64,000 bases of DNA from Phoronis australis (GCA_002633005.1 NMRA01000187.1:367740-431739), one strand, 5' to 3'; positions 14,131 to 33,055 are shown, numbered from the stretch's first letter. Program-made: numbers and translations. Notes: generated by a model not told the origin, from the letters alone.

Positions 14131-16112
14131 AGCCCGCGCGCGAGTGAACATTTTTGCGCAATAGAGATGATCCCTTTTGCCTCGGCCCAGGTAGAGTTCA
14201 GTAACGCTAGGACCTGCGCTAGGACTTGGCAAAAAAGCAAGACTTCGCGAGATTACGTGAGATATTGCTGTGAATTTAAAATGAGAACACACGATTTTGA
14301 CTAGATGGCCGCGAGACAGCTACTGAACTCTACACTAGTTTCGCGTTTAAACATAGCAAGATGATGGGGCCCAACTCTCACTTCTACCTCACAAACGGGT
14401 GAGAAAGTTCTCACCGTGGTGTCAGTTAGCTCTGTGTTGGTTCTGTTTACACAAATTAGTTGCGCTCGATCATCTCGTTCCTTGCCAGATGACCCGTATC
14501 AACTTTAATAGTGTAAACGGGACTTTAAGCGACTATAAAGCATGGTTCGGGTTAGCTTTAGGGCATGATTTCATTTCTGGCCCTTCTGAATTTGCTCGAT
14601 ATGATAAAGCCAAACCCATTCTCGTAAGCATCTTGAGAGTCCCCTCAATCCATTTTTATTTCAGTGCCCTCAATCTATGCTGCCGAGGTACACACTCTCG
14701 AGACCGACCCGGCACAGCGGCAGAACAGGGGCAGGACACTGGTTTGAAAGTTGTAAACTCGTGTCATGATCATTTGTAAGAAAAGGTTTATTCAGATGGG
14801 GCGTCACTGAACAACAAATCTCACGTATCGATAAAGCTGAGATATGTAGGCCTAGCTTAATTTTTTGTAGGGAAAATAAACAATTTTGTAAGACAAATAA
14901 TGTGAAAGACAATTCGTTGGTGACCGTGGGATGGCTAATGAGAGTCAAATAGTTGGCGATCAAGGGAAATTCAGTCTCGATGCGTACAGTTGACGAAGTG
15001 TCATCAAAACAGTATTTATTATCAAATCAAAACATCTTGTCATGTGTTCAGTCCAGGTGGATTCATATTCGATAATGTCAGGAAAACTTATCATTTAGCA
15101 AAAAAGATCTAAATAATTAAACTTCTGTCTCCATGTTGACGTGTTAAAACCGCCCAGCAAACCGTAGGCTTCAATGGAAAATTAGTTACAAGTTTTTTGA
15201 GTGCATGAGCCGGGGATATACGAAACGAGAAGAATGTTGCCAAGTTCATGACTGCTATAATATAAACCTGCCTTCCTTCACTTACCTATATAAAAGTGGT
15301 CCCTGGTTGTTCTCTTACCAAATGGGACTGATTTTCGTGACAAGACTCAACAAACTGACTTGACCTGGCGGTTTATGCGCCGGTCATTGGCTCCCATAAT
15401 GGCTAAGGGTCAGTACTTCCTATGTCCAGTAATCCCTAACTTCCACTCTGAGAAACAGGGCTTAGAATGATCAATAACGAAATAGAGGAAATTAAACTTC
15501 CAAGAAATGCATCGTTCCACAAATAAATAGGATTATGTGTGATAGACATATTTTTGTGTTTTAAAACTTGAGTGAAATAAACGTTGCTGCATAGCAAAGT
15601 CAAAATAATGATAAAAAGTATACGAAAAAATAGTAAACTGGAAATCAAATAAGATGAAATCGAAACCAAAAAAGAAGAAATCCTCTTGAAAGAGGAAAAT
15701 TCCAAGCCCTGTAGTAATGAACTGGTTGAGACCAGTATTACACTGGTAAGTGACCCAAATTAAAAGTTGATGTTTTGAAAGAAAGTTTAATTATAGCGCT
15801 TTTAAAAATCTTTAATCACTTTGCGAGATTTTATCGCTGAGACGTCGCTTTGCAGCGCCTTGCGAGACGTGCGCTTTGGGTGAGTGTTGCTCTTAATTTA
15901 GTTTGAGAGTAGTGAAACAAGACTTAATGTTCCAAAAATAGACAAATTTAATGACATTCGTTCACATTCATACAGAGAACATCAAATGTTATCTCATAAT
16001 CATAAGGCATAAAGTCACAAGCTGGTTTGAATGTCTGTACATCGATTGTCTCAAACAGTGCACTATCGCAGTAGTATACCACCACCAACTTCGCAAGTGT
16101 TGCACTCAACGG

Positions 16113-18791
<2,679 letters not shown>

Positions 18792-18875
18792 TTTATGCTG
18801 CTATCCTAACCAGTGGCTTTGAGAATGAATGAAACTCTGCCTCCGCCAAAATTGACGGTTAGGCTTAGCAGCTTT

Positions 18876-18910
18876 TGATTGGACGAGAGCTACCCGCAAT
18901 GCACCATTGG
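18876..18910 (-). promoter_or_regulatory. CCAAT box plus Staf/ZNF143-like site upstream of CaM-B
   Basis: ATTGG followed 13 nt later by TACCCGCAATGCACCA, ~90-120 bp upstream of the ATG. The same module with the same spacing lies at 23934-23964. Confidence 0.55.
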
Positions 18911-20559
18911 GCTTTATGTGATTAACAAACACTTTTGACTACAAAGCCACTGTCTAACGCATTAAAATCAGTACAATGAATTTGTAACTGTTTAAACATC
19001 GCCTTAGGTCGAGTATAAGGTACTGCGTAGTTTGAATGGTGCGAAATAATGACAGCATAGTTGAGCGGGCAAACATAGGTACACATTAATTCCTTTGCTG
19101 TGACACAATCGACTGCTCACCTTACCACATAAGCCTGCGTTGGAAACCTAACGTTTACTGTTGGGATGAACCATTTTAACCTCAGCCTTGGGCATTTATT
19201 TGCTCTGAAAATGCGTTTGCTATAGGACTTTCACTGAAACTGGTTCCTACCTAAAAGATAACGTCGCAATAGGACTATCGGGAAAACTGATATCTGGCGT
19301 AATCAGATTAGTGACAACGATTTTCGCTCTGCATTAAAACGTCACCGTTTGATAACAAAATTACGAAGTTATTGTGGGTACTTTTTCATTTGTCCAACTG
19401 ATCACGATATTCTGTTCATAGAGAATTTTCATTTTCCGAAAAAAATATAGTCAAACGCTTTTGTTTTTACGCGAGATCGTTATTACAACTGCGGTGCACG
19501 GTAAAAAATCTCGGTTGATAAACAGTGAACGTAAAAATGCAAAATGATAATAAAATTATAACCTAACAGGTAATGTCAAAAAGTCAGTTGGTTCTAGCAT
19601 GCGCTCCGGCACGTTTTGAAACCCATATCTTATTACTTAGCGGCAAAAAGCGTCCGTCCTTCAAATCAAGGATTTCAAAAGCCATACAATCGCATACAAA
19701 CAAATATTTGAACGAGTGGCTTGCAAAATCAGCCACAAGCACCCCTCGAGGGGGCCCCAACTCATACGCATCATTGCTGCCTCTTCTCTCCCCCGTCGGC
19801 AAAAGCACAGGCAATCGCGTCACAGGGCTAGGGAGTCGTTACACCTCTGAAGCTGGTATTTAAAATGACAAGAAAAAGACAATCCCGCATCACTTTTGCT
19901 GATCCTAAGAAGATTTTTTAGAAACTGTACTATCTAAGAATACCGTACCATCGCTCCAATTTTCATTAAAAACACGCAGACCAAAACCAATTCTGTATTT
20001 TGGTTTGTAGAGATGAGAAGGCCATTCATTAACGCACTAACAGAGTCCATGTTTTTAAGTAGTAGGAGTGGATGGCATAATTCATTAATCTCCGAAGTGA
20101 TATTTCAATCATACGCAAGTTGAATGCGGCCATTCAAGAGAGGTGATCCACCTACACTGTATAGTACGGATCGATACTCTGGGATTGGTTAACAGTGGGA
20201 CCTAGCGATTGGACGAGAGAACTCTGCATTGCGCCACTGTACATTGCGTCCGAGTAACGCCTGAATTTTTTTTCAAAATAACAACCTCTGTAAACTTGGT
20301 TGAGGCAATTGTATTGATTCCCACTATGTTTTCATGTATATACGCTTGCGGCGGCTACACTTGCGTGATAATAAAGTTGTCATGTGCGAAGCTGCACATT
20401 TGCTCCTGTAAACCCAATGCAGGTGATAGAGTGGAGGCTGTTTGCTCCCTGTTCATTGCAGGTTGCCTCTCACTGGCCAAGGCACGCCAATAATTTCGTG
20501 TTTGCCCCTTGTTGAACGCTTTGGCTACGAGTGACGTTACTGGTACTAAGATTCCATAG

Positions 20560-21196
20560 CTGCAGTTCCATATATCTGATCGTAATTCAGTACATTTTCT
20601 AAAGTGCATGGGCAATGGAAGCCGTTGACGTAACGTGTTGAGATGTAATTCGCTCCATTCTTCAGTCGCCGTAGGCCTATACGCAATTTTTTGGTTTGTG
20701 TTTTTGAATCCAGGCACAACATTATTTACATTTTATTTTTTAATAAAACGAATTAAAGTCTACATCAATTTAGACCACATGTTACAGTAGTGAAGTCCTC
20801 AAACAAGTCATTGCAACTGTTTTTCACTGGGATGGTCACTATCTGTGTAGCGCAGGAGACAGGAGTGACATCTGGCGGGTTACGTCAATAGTATTGATCG
20901 ATATTTCGCAGAATTGGTAACTTGCAGTTGCGATGTATCTGATTCAGTACATTTTCTAGAGTGTGTTGGCAGTAGGGCGCAATGTAAAGTGCATATTTGA
21001 ATGAGATCTTAGTAATTCGCTTCATTTTGCGACACCCAAGTTTGTTTATGTCTTTAAACCCAAACACAGAGGTATTTATAAAAAAACTTTATTAAAATCA
21101 ATTAAAGTCTACATAAATTCAGACCACATGTTGTACAAGTGAAGTCGACTGGTGACTATCTATGTATTGCAGGAGACAGGAGGGACATCTGGCGGT
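20560..21196. repeat. Diverged ~330-360-bp tandem duplication downstream of the CaM-C stop
   Basis: Shared blocks TCAGTACATTTTCTA, AATTAAAGTCTACA, AGACCACATGTT and GCAGGAGACAGGAG.GACATCTGGCGG each occur twice. Confidence 0.8.
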
Positions 21197-21242
21197 AATC
21201 AACAGTAAAGCAGTGTGTCACTGAGTGCGACAAAATTCGGTC

Positions 21243-23516
<2,274 letters not shown>

Positions 23517-23933
23517 GATGTTGACAAGCACTCGTTCTGTTCCCCTTGCTTTCTCTCTCACTGTCAATAATTAAGTGCTCGATTAAGGTATTTCTATTCA
23601 GCGCTCGCATTTTCATTGATCCCTCTGCGTCAAATACCGATGATGTATCAATACGCAAGAGAGAGATATGATAAGAGGTCTATGCTAATCGGACGCTACT
23701 TGTTCGCTTGACGAGTTCTGCGTTTTACTGTTTCTCAAAAACAAAAATTTATGAAGTTGATGCTACAATTTTACTTTATTTACAACTGATCTAGAAACAT
23801 AGTTTGCATTGTAGACGCGTTATCCAGGCCGAGTTACCTACACAACTAAATTATTGATTACCTGGATCGCTAGGCGTATGAATATGTCCGAAGTGCTTTA
23901 TTGTCATTAATAGTTTGGTCGTCTGCTGCGTCA

Positions 23934-23964
23934 TGATTGGACAACAACTACCTGCAATGCAACA
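23934..23964 (-). promoter_or_regulatory. CCAAT box plus Staf/ZNF143-like site upstream of CaM-C
   Basis: TGATTGGAC...TACCTGCAATGCAACA, paralogous to 18876-18910. Confidence 0.5.
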
Positions 23965-25962
23965 TATTTCAGTGCAAACGAATGAGCGTATTGAGGTTTA
24001 AAAAGGGTAAATATTTCCTAACATTCATAAAGGCACTGTAAGCCATTGTCCGTCGTATTGTATTCACTCGAACAATTACGAACACTCAAGGACAACATGT
24101 GTGTTTTTATAAGACAGGCGTTCTTGTATGAATACATGCCATTTGTTGCTTGAGAACACACTCAACTTTGATCGAACAAATAATGCGCGCCAACTTTATC
24201 TGCTGACAACAACTGCATATATTTACCATCGGCAAAAGTCCGGAGGAAACATATGGCGTTAGGGAACTGTGTGACTATGATATATATTCTACTGAATTTA
24301 GAAACTGTGGAAACGGTCTGGTAGTTGTTAATGTATTATTGTAATATTGATTCTTCTAATGTTGCGTCCATTGCCGGCAACACACTGTCAACTGCAACTA
24401 AGCCAATGAAAGGCGGGTTTAGAGATACCCGAACTGCACAGTAATCGCATGAAAAAATGAACTTCGCGAGAGTTTCGGGGCCCCAGGCCAGGACACGTGG
24501 TAGACGAAAGGAGCAGGGGTTGCTCAGCGAAAAAATACGTTCGCAGAACCATAACTTACAGCAACGACGCTCGTGACGACCTTCAGTTGTTACAATCAAC
24601 AACCTAAAGGCAAATAACCCAATAACGAAAACGTTTATTCACCGGATTGAGGGAAACCTAGCAAATACAGAGTCAATCCTGTCTAACAGTATAGCTTCAG
24701 TACCATTCGATGCCCGGTGTCTTCACAACACTCTTACGCTCTGGTGAGATAATTATGCGACGGTCGCAAATTTTTCCCAGAGACATAAAGTAGTAGCAAT
24801 GCCCGGGGGTGAGGCCTGATCTCACCTGTTTAAACTGTTGTGGCAACTCGCATTTTTTATCATCGTAGACATTTGTGAGCTAATTTTCTGAGAAGGACCA
24901 ATTCTTGTATTATCATCACCGGCACTTCGGCCATTGGCGCCCGCCATAGTATTCTCCTTGACTCCGATTAGACTAAACCAGGCCAGTTAGATTTATACCT
25001 GTTTTGAGGATATGTGAGACCCTAGAAAAAGTACAATTCTGGCTAACGTGGGAAGCATCACATCTCAGAATTCAGATACTACACTTTTTGCACTGTTCTT
25101 CAAGACTTTGTTAGAGAAATTGCTATAAAATGTTCCACTTCTGCATGAGGGGCTATCAAAAATAAGATTTTTATGATTTTCTTGAGTGAACTCAAAAGAT
25201 AAATAAAACAAAACGAAATGATTATTTTGAACAGCGTTTTTGAGATTTTTTCTTGAACATTAAATCAAATGAAACTTGATCATGTTTCTGATATCTTAGT
25301 TTTGCTGTGAATGTGGTTTGTTCTCTTTCTCGAAATTTTACGAAAAAAACATGTGACCCAAATGATGGAAGATCGGTAGGAAATAAAAAATTAAATTCTA
25401 CAGAAAATAAATAGTTAACATCTATAGTTTTGTATTGGACATTTGGATAAATGCATAGACTTGTTGATATCGTCCCTACATAATCGTTGAGAATTTCTGC
25501 CATCGTTTTTACGAAAAAAAGATCTCTGCTATGATTTTTGTATTCCTTTCTCTGGCAAGTTTCGAAAATAGAACAGAAGCGACATTACGGCGGTTAGGCG
25601 CTCTCCAAGCCCATTGCAGAGCAGTACTCACGCCTCGGTGTTGTAATTTTTAACTGAAATAATATTGAATTATGTTTCCCAAGCGAGGAATTATGGTACC
25701 TTCGTAATCAAACATTTTTGAACTGTTGTGGAGTCGAATTTGAGAGCGCATCTCGGTGTACTGACTCAGGCACAACTTGTTGTATTCCTGGATAAAAATA
25801 GATGTAAACGCCCTTCCCAATCCTGCATTCCTATTGGCTGGTAAAACTAGGTCAGACCTGTAGTTCTAAAAATAACGCACCTCATGTTGATATAAGGCGG
25901 AACGGAATCTCGACTCCTTAGATTAATCACATCACTTACAGTTAGTTCAAAGACTGGACATT

Positions 25963-27952
25963 ATGAGAAAGAACTCGTACATAAAATGTTGTGTCGTTGG
26001 TGACGGTGGAGTGGGGAAGACGAGCTTACTTATGAGCTACACACAAAACAAGTTTCCCAGCAATTATATCCCAACAGTCTTCGACAATTATGCAGGTGAG
26101 TATCAAGGCGATAACGGGTTGTTTCACTTGATTACAGACGGCCAGTGGCCAAACATGCTTGTTTTGATTAGATAATTTTTAAGTTAAATTCACGTTGTGC
26201 CCTCTAGAACAAAGGCTATAGGCCTGACTAATTCTTCTAACAGTATGAAGTATAGGTGGAAGATTACAAACAAACGTCACCGAAAATTCTCACACCTGTA
26301 TTAGTGTGACCATTTAAAGTTCTTGAATGACCGCAGTACGTGTACAGTGATTGCTTGATGTGTTTGGTTGCAGTTTTTAATGTCATTTTAGAATAATTTC
26401 ATGTTATTTTGCAGTTAATGTCACAGTCGCTGAAAAGCCATGCACGTTAGCATTGTTCGACACAGCCGGCCAGGTAAGAGCCCTTGAAATCTCTGAGATA
26501 TGCTTGCGAGTGTTTGCAATTCGTGTTCGTTGCAGAGTCAAATTCGGTTCGAAATAGAATCACCAACAGACTGAGTTGTCGTTGACTGGAAATAGTTTAA
26601 GACCAAACTGACTGCTTTAGGAGCCCGGAATATATACCGAGATCATGACTAAACTTCACTCGAGTCTCTTCTCAAAAACTGACCAAGCTCAGGAGTAATA
26701 ACGATTTCTTGGCCGCCAGGTCCTCTAAATCCCAGTTACGATCCTGACTCTAAATCCTAATCCCGGGCCAGCAGACACTAAACCCACGGTACAAATCTAA
26801 GACTCACGCTCCTAAACTCCGCAAACGCGCCGAAAATTCTCCGTAGCCAGTCAAGAAACTCGGTATACGGGATCCGAAACTCCATTACTAGAACTGTCGC
26901 AGGGTGTAATATGAATGATGGCATCGCGTATTCGAAAATGTACTCGAAGCATGGGACACTATTCGTCAGTTTCAGTTCGGAGTCGACTCTCTAATAAAAT
27001 TTGGTGGTCACGGGCTATTAACCATCGACACCGGTTTAGTGACTGTCTTTGGCTACCGCGGTAAAACTTGTTTATGTAGCTTGCATGCGTGAAATGGGCG
27101 TGTCAAATTACACTTACGCCGGCCGTAAAATATGTATAATGTTCTATGAGAAGCCTTTTCCACACAAGCGACACCTATTTCCTTACAACCAAAGGTACGT
27201 GAACATGCGCGCACTCAGTCTTTAATGTGGGGGCTCGAATTTCTGACGATGTGGACCTTTTGCTGACAAAAAGGCGGCAGGACTAAAAAAAAACGGGGTA
27301 CCACCTTCAGAACTGTGAACTGTGCGTCTGCGCCTTTTTGGTGGACTTTGTCTTGTTTTCTGGGACTTTTGTTTCTCTCTTTTTGCCCACTTCGCCAAAT
27401 GGGGGGGGGGCTCCTTCAAGCCCCCAAGCCCGGGCCCCCCTCGCCAGTGGGTGCGCGCATGCCGAATGTCCTGCATGACACGAATCTTGTGCTTGTCGAC
27501 AACCGTGAACATGATCAGTATTCGTCGTCTTTAACATTCTCTTTTGTTCACATTTTCAGGAAGATTACGACCGTCTGCGGATTTTATGTTATCCTGGAAC
27601 AGACGTTTTCTTGTTATGCTTCTCCGTTGTCAACCGGGCATCATTTGAAAACATTGTCGAAAAATGGAACTTGGAACTAAAGCAAATACAGCCGAACATC
27701 CCCAAACTTTTAGTTGGCACACAGGTAGATTTGCGATCTCAAACGGAAGCATGTGATAGCGTGACGTCAGCCGAGGGAAGCAAAATGGCCAGAAAGATTG
27801 GTGCTTGCGAATTCGTCGAATGCTCCGCGTTGACGCAGTTGGGACTTAAAGGAGTGTTTGACAGCGCAATATTGAATGTGATGCAACCTGCAGTTTCTAA
27901 GAAACAGAGAAAGCTAAAGTGGTTGTTTCGTTCTTGCGTTAGAAGTCAGTGA
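25963..27952 (+). CDS. Cdc42/RhoQ/RhoU-like Rho-family small GTPase, 194 aa; exons 25963-26095, 26415-26473, 27560-27952
   Basis: G1 GDGGVGKT, effector loop [10 protein letters not shown]3 [13 protein letters not shown]4 TQVD and G5 ECSALTQ (Cdc42 subfamily type). Splice phases are consistent. TATA-like TATAAG at 25891. Confidence 0.95.
27204..27461. mobile_element. ~250-bp MITE with CATGCGCGCAC termini in Rho intron 2
   Basis: Perfect 11-bp TIRs. A homologous copy lies in the opposite orientation at 62907-63149. Confidence 0.85.
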
Positions 27953-29034
27953 ATAATAATTCTTATGTTGTCTTGTATTTAGATGAAATTTTATTAAAAT
28001 TTTAACAAAATCAAAGTACCTCAAAATAGAACCAAGATTGATTTTTATATTTGTTAAGTATTTATGTATTTTACTGATATTTGTCATTTTGTGATATGTT
28101 TATATTGCGACGTTCTTAAATTAAATGATCAAAGGCCTGTATTATCTGATTCGACAACAGCTATGGACAAAACTTACCAAACGATATCAAGCAATTTGTT
28201 GACTGGGGGTAATGGGTGAATTAAATTCGCATAGGAGGCGGGAAGGAAAGTTGCGATTTACACAAGGCGCAGTAAATGGATAATAAGTAAATCTCGGAAA
28301 TTTGAAATCTAAGATCTTCAAAGCTGCATTTCGTCCTTGTTTAGTTGTCAATATTAATAGAAGCGTTTTAGGGTTTAAAATCATTAAAACGATCGTCCAA
28401 CCTTGAATTATTGCCGCATGAGCCCACAACTCAAGTCACGGGCAATGCGAAAGTATGCCCCATATTCGATTCTACAACCTTGGGGTTGGATAACCCCATT
28501 CGACAATAGCTTTGAAGAGTTTTCTTCAGTAGCTGATAGTTTTGATGCTCTTCTAGGTAACGAAAACAGTACCCTATCTCGGTATGGAATACTATGAGAC
28601 CGAATTTATGAGAGTAGAACGCCTAACTCTATTTCGTTTTTTAGCCAGCTAAACATGGCGAAATACAGCTTCAAAAGAGACGACTAATGCTGTACATGTA
28701 CAACGTAAAACAACTTAAGGACGAATCTTTTGTTGAAGAACAAACCGTATGTTTTCATCCACTGATAACAACTATACTCCTTGGCACCATAAACACTTTA
28801 AAGAGTTAACAAAATAAACATTATGGTATAATCAACAGGCGGGGTCAATTCCGGTGGGTCTCTCAGTTCAAGATGTAAGTACATTCAAATGCCGCCAGGT
28901 GGATTCTGTTGCATGAACGTGATTTGGAAATAATCTCGTAACATAGCTTAAGAGTCAACAGAATCCCAAACGATTTTGATCCTTGCCCAGGATCCTTGGC
29001 TAATATCAAAGTATTCGGGTTGACCGGAAGCTCA

Positions 29035-32000
29035 TCAGGCTGTGCTGCCAAACATTTTTTCCATGTACTCAAAAGTATATGGCTTCGTGTCGTTTTCATC
29101 AAAGTGTTGCTGTTGGCCCACGTGTGGCGCTTTCTTTTCAACAGTCTTCAGTATTTCACCATCCATGTAAGGGTTTATGCTCTGAAAGAAATAGAAGGAA
29201 CTTGTAAGAAAATACTCGTAGCTGGGGTCAACTACTGGCACATCATGGGATATTACTTAACTTCTAAAAGTGGCGCTCACTTCGGGTGTGCGCAATAGGA
29301 TACTTGTTGCGTTACCAACAAGAACATCGAAGCCTTCAGCGATTCAAGAAAAGTTAACGCTTTATAGATTATATTATTGCGTTTGGCGAAGCATGAATTA
29401 AGTGAATTCGTAAACGGCGCATTCCTTGCCTGTGGCTCGAGTTGATAACGGGAATAGAATACCATAAGTAAGTAAAATTATGAGACTGACTCTATGAGTG
29501 TGAAAGGACTAACGCAAAAAAGTTAGTTCTGTTTTGTACCCTGAACTATGAGACTTGAGGTCACCGATCAAACAGAAAAACGCCCACTCGCTGGCAAGCC
29601 AAGCCTCCCGTTCAGTAACGCTAGGACCTCGCTAAAAAGGAAGACTTCGCGAGATTACGTGAGATATTGCCGTGCATTTTAAATGAGATCACGTGACTTT
29701 GACTAGGTCCTAGCGTAGGTCCTAGCGTCTACTGAACGCACGCCAGATCTGGTGTTTTAGAACTGCGTAAGCGAGGATAAGCAATATTTGAAACGTCACG
29801 ACTTCTTTGCTTGTCTCAGGAGGATTTTCTTTCTTCAAAGCAAACACAGACCCGAACCAACTATACTTTTTTGGCCCAATAAGGTGTTCGTTATTAGTAG
29901 TCACCTAAACATGGCGAATGCAGTTTAATGTACCAAGTCTCACGTGATATCATTCCAACATGTAGCACTCATTTTGATATAATTAAATATGCAAGGAGCC
30001 CGTTCAGCAGATGCAAAACATAAGATAACGCATTGTCTTACAAGTGAAGTACGTGATCACGCTAGGTTTACTCGCGAGAATCTAGCGTCTCCGGAATTCA
30101 GCCCTTTATACTAGGGGGCAAACTACCAGTAAATGGCAAAGTAAGTTGACAATATTACTTACGCGTTTGTCTCTGTGACTGGAACCCTTTTTTGCAACCA
30201 GTGTGCCCCTCTTCTCACCGTGAGACACAAATGGGTTTTCGTTCTAAAACATTCAAGTTTAATTAATATAATGTTCACAATAACGTCATAGCATGTTTTG
30301 TTCAAGTTCATTTGTAAATCGCGTCTTTCAGTCACTTTAGATGAAACCACGATGAGGACCGGCAACCAAAATTAATAAAACAAATTAATAAAAAAGTTGC
30401 GCCTATAGTCGCCACGTTTGAGCATTCACATGTGTGTGGTGGTACTCTTCTTTGGTGGACTCGTACGCAATAGGTGGATGACTGAAAACGTCGGTTAAGC
30501 TCATAAGCGATTTACTTAGCGAGTTAACTCAATTCGAACTTGTTTTATTAGCCCATCGTGCCCCCTATCGGCACGGAGAAAACTGATATGATTTTGGAGT
30601 TTCTATTACCTATGTTTCGATGTTTTCTTGCACAGTTTCCAAGGAATAAATGAAAAAGTAACCAGCAACTTCCTCCAGACTTTCGGGAGATGGAGAGTAT
30701 AAGTCGCGGAACTCTTATCTGGACAGCCATGAATGGTAAACCGTGATTTTCTTTGCTTTGAGCTCCGAGAGGATGGACTTCAAAATGCAATTTCTCTTAA
30801 AATAGTGAGCAAATGTCTGGTTAATTCAAATATCAAGTTAAAGTTTGAAATTAAAGACTTGAAACCAGCGAAAGCACGCGCATTTGCCATGATTACTCCA
30901 CGGCTTGTTACTTTGCACATCACACACCTGTGTTTCCATCCCTAACATCTGACTTATCAAAGAGTCCATGTCGTCGAGTTTTGTCTGGCTCTCCTCAGGC
31001 CGCGAGGAAATTTTCTCAGCCCCCTTTGGACAACTGCTCGGAAACATGTGCTCCGTGTCACAGGCGCAGTCTCCCCGCCTCATCTGCCACTGGACGTAAC
31101 GCTGGTTGAACGCGCCTGTATCTGGCACATTGTCTTGACAGTTGTCCTTTTCACCTTTAAAGTAAAATTTTAAATGAGAACACTGCAAAATAGTACCGCA
31201 ACATAAGCTCGGTCGCGGCTTTTCCGCTAGACCATGAAATAGACATTGTTATGTAATGGTGTTTAATTACTCAGTTATTTAAGTAAAGAGTGCATTATTT
31301 ATTCTTTCAACGAAATGCTGTTGAGCGCAATTTTCAATGTTTCGACTAGGCATGCGAAATAAGTTTAGTTTCCCTTAAACTAGAAAGCAGAAGAAAACGG
31401 ATTTTCGGATCGGAAAGGGGAAACCTAAGGATTCAGTGTTGAGTTAGCCGCGGACTATTCCTCCAAGCACCCACGAACCAATCATGACTCAGTATACGCT
31501 CAAAATAATTAACATGATAGTGTCACGAGGATGGTGACATATAAGCGGATATGGTTGATACGGGCAGGTCTCATTTTGATACGGACACGACCGCTCAAGT
31601 CCGTTGTGGGTCTTACGAGGGCGTTTTACAAGTTAACACTTTTCGGTACCCGGGGGGTAAGAATGCGCCGGAGTATACAGTCGATGTACTCAAAGTTCAC
31701 TTCAAATAGTGTACCATGAATATAGTTGATGTAAATATAAAAGCAAGTAATAACAATAAACTTACTTGTTTTTCCTTTAGGACAGGGATTAGGAGGGTTA
31801 CAATATGAAGGTAAGCCGGCATCAGTTTTCACTTCTTGGAACTCGGGGTCTTTGACATGACCGTCGGCGTCAACCTCTCCAGCGCCACCTACAGGAATAA
31901 TCTCATGTTTGCTTACTGGAGGCGGAACAATCCGATCACAGAGTGACACGCAAAACTGTCCTCTGACTCATTTCGCAACAATAAAAACAGATAAGACGAA

Positions 32001-33055
32001 TAGTTACTATCACAATTAGAGTTCTGAACAGTGTGCTGAGGCATTAATACTTAACCAGTAATTTAAGAATTTGAAATCAGAATCATATCAACTGATACTT
32101 TGATACAAATGGCTTACATATGGGTGCGAGCCGACATTGATAAGTGAACTTATTATAAAACTTAAATTTTATGTTTAAACAGGCAAATGCTGTTGTGAAA
32201 GGCAGTCCTCGCATTGTTCGCTGTTTGGACCATATCGAAGCAATACAGGCGTATAACACGAACAAAAAGATATTCGGTGAAAATTTAAGCCATTGAATTA
32301 AGTCCGCTACCATTGCTCGATAGCATTGAGCTCGAGAGTTTTTTCAGAAATAAAATTCCATGCTACAAAACAGAAGCAAACTGTCTTTGGGATTTTTTTG
32401 GCGAAAGGTGACTCAGTACGTAGAGGCGAAAGGTGACTCAGTACGTAAAACCGTTGCTTGGCGATTGTTGAAAAACAGTTGTACAGCTTTAAGACAATGT
32501 TTGCGGCGGTTTGCAGCTGTTGGAATAATGGAGCAATTACAATAAGATGGGAGGCGATGTGATTCAAATGTAAGAAATTGTATATCATTTGAAGAGCAGC
32601 GTATACAATTTGCAGTGCAGAACATTACTCTCAGCAAAACGTGCACGACACATTATTGGCATAACACACTTTCTTGTCTATCCAGCGTGATTCTTTGAAA
32701 TTTTCCACAATACAATACCTGACATATATTGATATCCCATGTTTGTATTTTGAGCCTCGAACTCATTGTCGCGTGGCTGGGCGGGGACAGGGACGTCAGG
32801 AAGTTTGGGGTCTGTCATCTGGTCGGCCCCACTAATGTCTTGGTAATTTGAAACTGGCTGTGGCACGTCGTCGATGAAATCTCCATAATTCTGCTTATAC
32901 GGCAAGCTCCCGTAGTCGTCACCGTAGTCTTGGCTACCAGTGTTACTCTGTTCTATTTGACGGAGAATTTCTTGAAGGAAAAGGTCGTCGTATTTGTCGG
33001 CGAGGCCATGGGTAGCGCAAAGGCACACACTAGCCAATGTGAAAACTAAGAACAT
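29035..33055 (-). CDS. SCG5: Neuroendocrine protein 7B2 (secretogranin V, proprotein convertase 2 chaperone), ~304 aa; exons 32719-33055, 31766-31888, 30928-31154, 30163-30243, 29035-29181
   Basis: Signal peptide, PRDNE..GYQYMSGGAGE, the LPSYCNPPNPCP hallmark, CACDTEHMF, and C-terminal NPF..LVAKK and NPY..TVEKK. Phases are consistent (1,1,0,0). A probable non-coding exon ends at 33983 (GG|GTAAGT). Confidence 0.93.

Noticed and set aside
13891-14304. ORFs with CVCVC / HTHTH repeats
   Set aside because: These are translations of a GT microsatellite.
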